Notes under the pieces: model-generated
Databases searched by the model: none
What the model saw: the letters and a program-made list of their open reading frames with translations, nothing else
Told to the model about the DNA's origin: nothing
NCBI GenBank assembly: GCA_004173355.1
Contig: SEAD01000007.1
Location: 7,337 to 71,336 of the forward strand
Direction of reading: 5' to 3'
Origin: Chitinophagaceae bacterium
GTDB taxonomy: Bacteria; Bacteroidota; Bacteroidia; Chitinophagales; Chitinophagaceae
DNA: 64,000 nucleotides
Shown here: in pieces, positions 59,286 through 64,000 of the stretch
Layout of the letters: each line of letters opens with the position of its first letter
How positions within the stretch are numbered: the first letter of the stretch is position 1
Translations under genes and position numbers: made by a program

Positions 59286-59717
59286 ATGAAAAATCTCATT
59301 GTAATCCTGTTCCTCGCAATCGCAGCTCCATCATTTGCTGCAGACTCACTCGACACAAAACTTGTACAGAAGTTCACCATCGATTTCCCTAAAGCCGAAA
59401 ACGTAAAATGGTACGACAACAATGGCAACATGGAAGTGTATTACACGCATGAAGGCATTACCTGTCATATCTGGTACGACGCAAAAGGTAACGTTGCAAA
59501 GAGCATCCGTTACTACACAGAAAAAGACCTGAACCCGTTTGTAAAGGCCCGCATCCAGAAAGCATATGCCGGCAAACGTATTGCAGGTGTTACCGAAACC
59601 ATGAAAGCTGAACACATGTACTACGTGGTATCACTCGAAGATGAAACATCCTGGACGATCGTTAAATCAGACGCAACTGCCACCGAGCTGAGCGTGTTTA
59701 ACGAAATGCTTAAATAA
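59286..59717 (+). CDS. Small secreted protein (PepSY-like beta-lactamase-inhibitor-fold type, tentative)
   Basis: Signal peptide MKNLIVILFLAIAAPSFA. Two repeat-like halves with W/Y-rich beta pattern (VKWYDNNGNMEVYY..., YYVVSLEDETSWTIV). Confidence 0.6.
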   Translation: MKNLIVILFLAIAAPSFAADSLDTKLVQKFTIDFPKAENVKWYDNNGNMEVYYTHEGITCHIWYDAKGNVAKSIRYYTEKDLNPFVKARIQKAYAGKRIAGVTETMKAEHMYYVVSLEDETSWTIVKSDATATELSVFNEMLK

Positions 59718-59756
59718 GCAGGGCTGCCACGAACCAATGGCACACCTTTTTGAGAG

Positions 59757-59785
59757 ACCTCCCGGCGTAATGCCGGGAGGTTTTT
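59757..59785 (+). terminator. Rho-independent terminator
   Basis: ACCTCCCGGC / GCCGGGAGGT stem with a 5-nt loop, followed by TTTTT. Confidence 0.8.
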
Positions 59786-60497
59786 AGTTTACCCTACCTG
59801 TCCTGCTCCACACTTCATAGATCGGCTCACCTTTCGAACTCTGTCCTCTGTGATGCCAGTTATCTCCCTCCAGTTTACCTTCAAAAGAAAGCGACTGTCC
59901 CACCCGGGAACTGTCACGGGAAAAGAATTCGATATGTTCTGTATACTTCCCTTTTTCAAAACTGTAAGTGCCCCCTCCTGTTCCCATGAACTTCTTTGTA
60001 CCAGGGTCGATAGCTGCCCACTGGAACCGGGTCGATGAAAGAATCTTGATTGTTTTCCGTGTACCCTGCTGGTGGATCTGCACAAGGTTACCGTTTTCTT
60101 TTCGCTGTGTTATCTCCCAAAGTCCATGCAGGGATGTACTCCCATCGTCGATCACCTGCCATTGCGCGTCTTTACCAGTGAGGTTAGTACGCAAAGAACT
60201 TCCGGGGATTGCAGAATACTCAGACCTGCTTCCCACCCGGGACGGATCTGCTGAGTCGAATTCCCAGCTGACCGAGAGTTTCCCTTCCTTCCACACATAT
60301 GACCCACCCCGGGTTGAACTAAAACTTTTCGCGGCCCGATCAAAACTGGTATGGGTGAAATAACCATCCGAGAAAATAATCACCTGCGTGCTTCCATTGT
60401 CTGCCAGCTGCCAGGCACCCTCGGGTCCAGGAGATTTATAAAAGAGTGATAAAAGAGCCAGTACCAGTATGGCCCCCGGTGTCCTGAATGTTTTCAT
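59784..60497 (-). CDS. Secreted protein with an internal two-fold repeat, unknown function
   Basis: ATG 60497 gives MKTFRTPGAILVLALLSLF. Two similar halves: ...GGSYVWKEGKLSVSWEFDSADPSRVGS... and ...GGGTYSFEKGKYTEHIEFFSRDSSRVGQ... Confidence 0.7.
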   Translation of the reverse strand: MKTFRTPGAILVLALLSLFYKSPGPEGAWQLADNGSTQVIIFSDGYFTHTSFDRAAKSFSSTRGGSYVWKEGKLSVSWEFDSADPSRVGSRSEYSAIPGSSLRTNLTGKDAQWQVIDDGSTSLHGLWEITQRKENGNLVQIHQQGTRKTIKILSSTRFQWAAIDPGTKKFMGTGGGTYSFEKGKYTEHIEFFSRDSSRVGQSLSFEGKLEGDNWHHRGQSSKGEPIYEVWSRTGRVN

Positions 60498-60641
60498 CGG
60501 CAAGTGTTTGAAAGAAAACAGCAAAGTACGGGCCGGAACAGCTTTATCGCACTCAACCGACTTTGCGTCAATCAAAACACAGGACGCCCGGAAACAGAAA
60601 TCCCCGGCTTTCGCCAGGGATTCAATGATGATCGGACAGGA

Positions 60642-62945
60642 TTATTTTTTGATAAACCGGAAGACCTGGTGATGCCCGCTGGCAGACAACTCAGCGAAAT
60701 AAACTCCTGCAGGAAGGCCGGACACCTGGATTGATGTAACGGATGCAGACAGAACATGGTTTCTGACCGCCACGCCGGATGCATTTAAAATAACTATCGA
60801 TCCTTTTGACGCCGGAAGTTTTACATTGATCGATGCACTGCTGATTGTAGGGTACAATAAAAACTCACCCGCAGTCAGGCTGATCTTCCTGACCTCGCTG
60901 TATATTACCTTACCATCGATATCAGACTGCGCGAGCTTGTAATAATGGATCCCGCTTCCTGGTTGCTGGTGCACCCAGTTATAACTGGATGTCACGCTGC
61001 TGTTTCCGGCCGCCTTGACATTTCCCAATACCTCGTAGCTGACACCATCGGTGGAATGCAGCACAGCAAAACTTTTTGTATTCTCTTCAGCGGATGTAGA
61101 CCAGTCCAGTTCCACATTACCTGATTTTCCGGCAATATCAAACCGCAGGTCATGTACCGGCAGCACCTGGTTGATTCCGATCACCCGGCTGGCAGTAAGC
61201 TGCAACAAAGGATCAGATGCCATACCGCCATACTCAACCACATAACCCAGTGTGCTGGCACCATTCAGGTCGTTCCACTTGCCGGGATTGGTACCACCGG
61301 AGTAAATACTGCCCGCATGTTCGTTGCTGCTGCTGTTGTTTGGCTCACCGAGGTTCCAGTTGTTATAAGTTGTACCAAATACAGGTGGAAGGTTACCCGC
61401 CGTGGCATTTGCAGTGGTCATCTGTAATCCACGTTCCGGACCAGTGACCCAATACCATTTCCCTTCGGAATTGGTTTGTGCCGCATAAGTGGTGGTACCC
61501 AGCGCGGAATTGATATAACTGAAATTATCACTTGCCCCTGTCCATGCATCAGCACTCAGTTTCTGGCGGATAAACTCATTTTCATCAGCTGATGTGATGG
61601 TCACGAGATATCCCTGAAGGCCAAGGTAGGTGCGCCCTTCGGAAATTGTTTTGGCATTGTCCCAGGTTGCTGCAGTACCTACATACTCATAAAAATGGCC
61701 ATTGCTGAATGCCACCTGGTTGCCCAGGGAAAATGTCACCGTGCGATTACCCACCACGTTTGAGGAAGATGAGAATTTGACTGTGCGGAACAATGCCTGC
61801 CAGTCTGCGATCGACACCGCAGAACTGCTGGAGAATGTCAGCACCCCGGTGGTACTGTTGTACGAACCGGTAAGTCCGCTGGGTAATGTGCCCCCGAAAG
61901 TCAGTGCATCACCAGATTTGAATCCGGAGGAAACCGTAACCCTTGCGGCCGTAAATGTGCTGACACTGTATCCTGTCAGCGCCGGATCCACCGTCACTGC
62001 CGCATCCTGAAGCTGGTATGGCACTATCGGTGCCGCAATATTCAACTGGGTAGCCACCATGACGATCGTGCGGGTATGCATGATGTCCACGGTGGTACCG
62101 GGTGTATAAAATTCAACCAGCGCGTTGTTCAGGTTTGTACCCTGCGCATCGTTCCATGAACCATTGTTGGGGTAAACATTCTCTGCGAAATGCTCCCCGT
62201 TGGAGTTGTTTGGTTCCCCGCCATTCCATGCGGCAAAACGCCCACTGATCACCGTGCTGCCGGTCGAAAACTGTGTTCCTTTTTCCGGACCGGTAACCCA
62301 GTACCAGCGGTTTTCAGAAGCAGCCTGGTTGGCAAAAGTATTGGTACCAAGCGCAGCATTTACTTCGGAGAACTCATCACTGGCACCCAGCCAGCCGCGG
62401 CCAATGGTATTAAAAACAAAACTGTTTTCATCCGTACTCATAATAGTTGGAAGATAACCCTGCCAGCCAAACAGGCTGAGCGCGGCCGCAGCAGTTTTTG
62501 CAGTGGCATAGGTGTAACTGCCGTTGATGATCCGGTAGTAATGGCCATCGTAAACCTGCACCAGTCCATCACCGGCCTGGAACAGGATCGTACGTGATGT
62601 GGTGGCAGAGGATGTAGTACGAAATGTTACACTCCGGAGTATCGCCTGGTACTGAGCGGCAGTACCGTTACCGGTTACCGCCAACTGGCCTGTTGTACTG
62701 TTGTAAGAAGACGTAATACCCGATGGCAGGCTCCCCTGCACGGCAAGAATATCACCCGAAACAAATCCCGTGATTTTTACGGTAAACTGCGGAATCGTCA
62801 ATGAGGTTGTTACGGTAAGCGCCGGATCAACGATCACAGCGGGGGCATTGTTTGCTACCTGATTCTGACCAGCTGAGCCATCTACAGTGATCTGGCCGAA
62901 TGCAGTTGTGCAGGAAAACGCGAGTAAGAGGAAAATTGGTTTCAT
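60642..62945 (-). CDS. T9SS-secreted protein with two tandem [Ig-like + C-type-lectin-like] modules
   Basis: Signal peptide MKPIFLLLAFSCTTAFGQ. Duplicated SGD(I/A)L...G(S/T)LPSG(I/L)T(S/G)SYNSTTG blocks. Two CTLD-like regions with GWLGASD/AWTGASD, RWYWVTGPE/KWYWVTGPE, EPN (nt 62208-62216; second at residues 544-546) and WND. Ends in T9SS tail ...GVYFAELSASGHHQVFRFIKK. Confidence 0.85.
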   Translation of the reverse strand: MKPIFLLLAFSCTTAFGQITVDGSAGQNQVANNAPAVIVDPALTVTTSLTIPQFTVKITGFVSGDILAVQGSLPSGITSSYNSTTGQLAVTGNGTAAQYQAILRSVTFRTTSSATTSRTILFQAGDGLVQVYDGHYYRIINGSYTYATAKTAAAALSLFGWQGYLPTIMSTDENSFVFNTIGRGWLGASDEFSEVNAALGTNTFANQAASENRWYWVTGPEKGTQFSTGSTVISGRFAAWNGGEPNNSNGEHFAENVYPNNGSWNDAQGTNLNNALVEFYTPGTTVDIMHTRTIVMVATQLNIAAPIVPYQLQDAAVTVDPALTGYSVSTFTAARVTVSSGFKSGDALTFGGTLPSGLTGSYNSTTGVLTFSSSSAVSIADWQALFRTVKFSSSSNVVGNRTVTFSLGNQVAFSNGHFYEYVGTAATWDNAKTISEGRTYLGLQGYLVTITSADENEFIRQKLSADAWTGASDNFSYINSALGTTTYAAQTNSEGKWYWVTGPERGLQMTTANATAGNLPPVFGTTYNNWNLGEPNNSSSNEHAGSIYSGGTNPGKWNDLNGASTLGYVVEYGGMASDPLLQLTASRVIGINQVLPVHDLRFDIAGKSGNVELDWSTSAEENTKSFAVLHSTDGVSYEVLGNVKAAGNSSVTSSYNWVHQQPGSGIHYYKLAQSDIDGKVIYSEVRKISLTAGEFLLYPTISSASINVKLPASKGSIVILNASGVAVRNHVLSASVTSIQVSGLPAGVYFAELSASGHHQVFRFIKK

Positions 62946-63260
62946 AGATTCTACGGATTTGATAAAAGCACGCAAATGAAATAATTGTTTTACCCCTGAT
63001 CAATAGATATCCGTCTATAGTCACGTAGAGAAACGACTACAAAGACGCACGTAAATAGCGCAAACCTTTTACTGTAAAGGCATTCATCATATTTATAAAA
63101 TCAGGCATATCGAAAATGCCTGGTGAAATCCTTGACTATTATCAATGGATTTTTGGAACCATGAAAGAAAAAACCACTGGAACCAGCCGTCCGGTGCGCC
63201 CGGAAATTGAATTTTTTTAAGAAAATACTGATATTTGCGGCACCACCATTACACTTACAT

Positions 63261-64000
63261 ATGCACCGCATCCTGTACGCCACCGTCATTACCATGACCC
63301 TTGCCCTGTTTTCCTGCCAGCGTCCCGTTGATGAAGTTGTCCAGCCCAGCCCCCCGGAACCAGAGGAACCGCCGGCTCCGATAGTTGATTCAACGATGCT
63401 TTCAAAGCTGGTTTACCTGAATCCACCGAATTCCGGATACGCTGACACCCTGCTGATACTGAATTTCTCGCACGATGAGCAGAAACGGGTAAGCAAAATC
63501 ATTGAAAACAATTACGATGAAACCGGGGGTCTTGATTACACAATCACCTACAGCTATTTCTATAATAGCAGCGATACACTCCCTGCGAGGATGGAAAGGA
63601 CCGAACAGTTCTTCAACGGCCCGGACGACAACTCGAGGCATATCCTGCATTTAACTTACCAGGGAGGACTGGTATCTCGTGATTCAACTATCAATTACTG
63701 GAGAGGCAGCACCTCGCCAGGCGGCACTCAGACCTACTTGAATACCCAGCGTGGCGACACACTGTATGCGCACCGGACCGACAGGGAGTATATTAACGGA
63801 CAACTGGAACTTGTATCGGAACACAGCTTTCCCGCATCCATTGTCCGTACGGGAGGAAACCTGGTTTCTTTTATAACGCCGGACGGACCCGAGCACAAAT
63901 TCAATCAGCACCGTTTTAACACCCACCCGGATCCATTGAGAAAAGCATATGTCCCGTTTCCATTTGAATACCATTTCTGGGAATGGGGAATTCCAGCTTG
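63261..64000 (+). CDS. Lipoprotein, unknown function (5' partial; runs off the right edge)
   Basis: Hand translation from ATG 63261: MHRILYATVITMTLALFSCQRPVDEVVQPSPPEPEEPPAP... (lipobox LFSC, Pro/Glu linker). Open with no stop to nt 64000. Absent from the ORF track because it lacks a stop codon in the window. Confidence 0.75.
   Translation, partial: MHRILYATVITMTLALFSCQRPVDEVVQPSPPEPEEPPAPIVDSTMLSKLVYLNPPNSGYADTLLILNFSHDEQKRVSKIIENNYDETGGLDYTITYSYFYNSSDTLPARMERTEQFFNGPDDNSRHILHLTYQGGLVSRDSTINYWRGSTSPGGTQTYLNTQRGDTLYAHRTDREYINGQLELVSEHSFPASIVRTGGNLVSFITPDGPEHKFNQHRFNTHPDPLRKAYVPFPFEYHFWEWGIPA

Noticed and set aside
1-64000. Whole-window scan for tRNA/rRNA genes, CRISPR repeats, IS elements, integrases, toxin-antitoxin pairs and known defence-system hallmarks
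   Set aside because: I could recognise none by eye. All long intergenic regions were read and lack tRNA-like cloverleaf sequence or regular repeat/spacer structure. A computational scan (tRNAscan-SE, Infernal, ISfinder, DefenseFinder/PADLOC) would be needed to exclude them formally.

Overview
The window is a 64 kb chromosomal segment, roughly 50-55% GC by eye, with a Bacteroidota signature, probably Chitinophagaceae/Sphingobacteriia-like. That call rests on a SusC/SusD pair, two cargo proteins with type IX secretion (T9SS) C-terminal sorting domains, large orphan FtsX/MacB-type permeases and many lipoproteins. It is densely coding, with about 47 protein genes on both strands. I found no rRNA, tRNA, CRISPR array, integrase, transposase or prophage hallmark, so nothing marks it as a mobile or defence island. 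Recognisable content includes a TetR-controlled TolC/adaptor/RND efflux operon, a SusC/SusD pair, MFS, SulP, AI-2E and bestrophin-type transporters, a class III nucleotidyl cyclase, several AraC/Crp/LuxR regulators, beta-lactamase-fold hydrolases, SDR oxidoreductases, and housekeeping rpiA and map. The least explained elements are: (1) a 1967-aa ORF at the left edge whose only placeable motif is an OmpA-like core, whose 3' end shows a reading-frame switch, and whose transcription unit runs out of the window; (2) a motif-less 300-aa orphan between a 976-aa T9SS adhesin-like gene and an AraC/serine-hydrolase pair; (3) a T9SS cargo protein with two cysteine-free C-type-lectin-like modules carrying EPN/WND sugar-binding motifs; (4) a serine-hydrolase / HExxH peptidase-MA-like fusion; (5) a bestrophin-cyclase tandem. 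All functional calls come from motif recognition by eye on the supplied translations; no database search was possible. Many start codons were re-picked by hand, because the ORF track gives the longest ORF and includes GTG/TTG starts.
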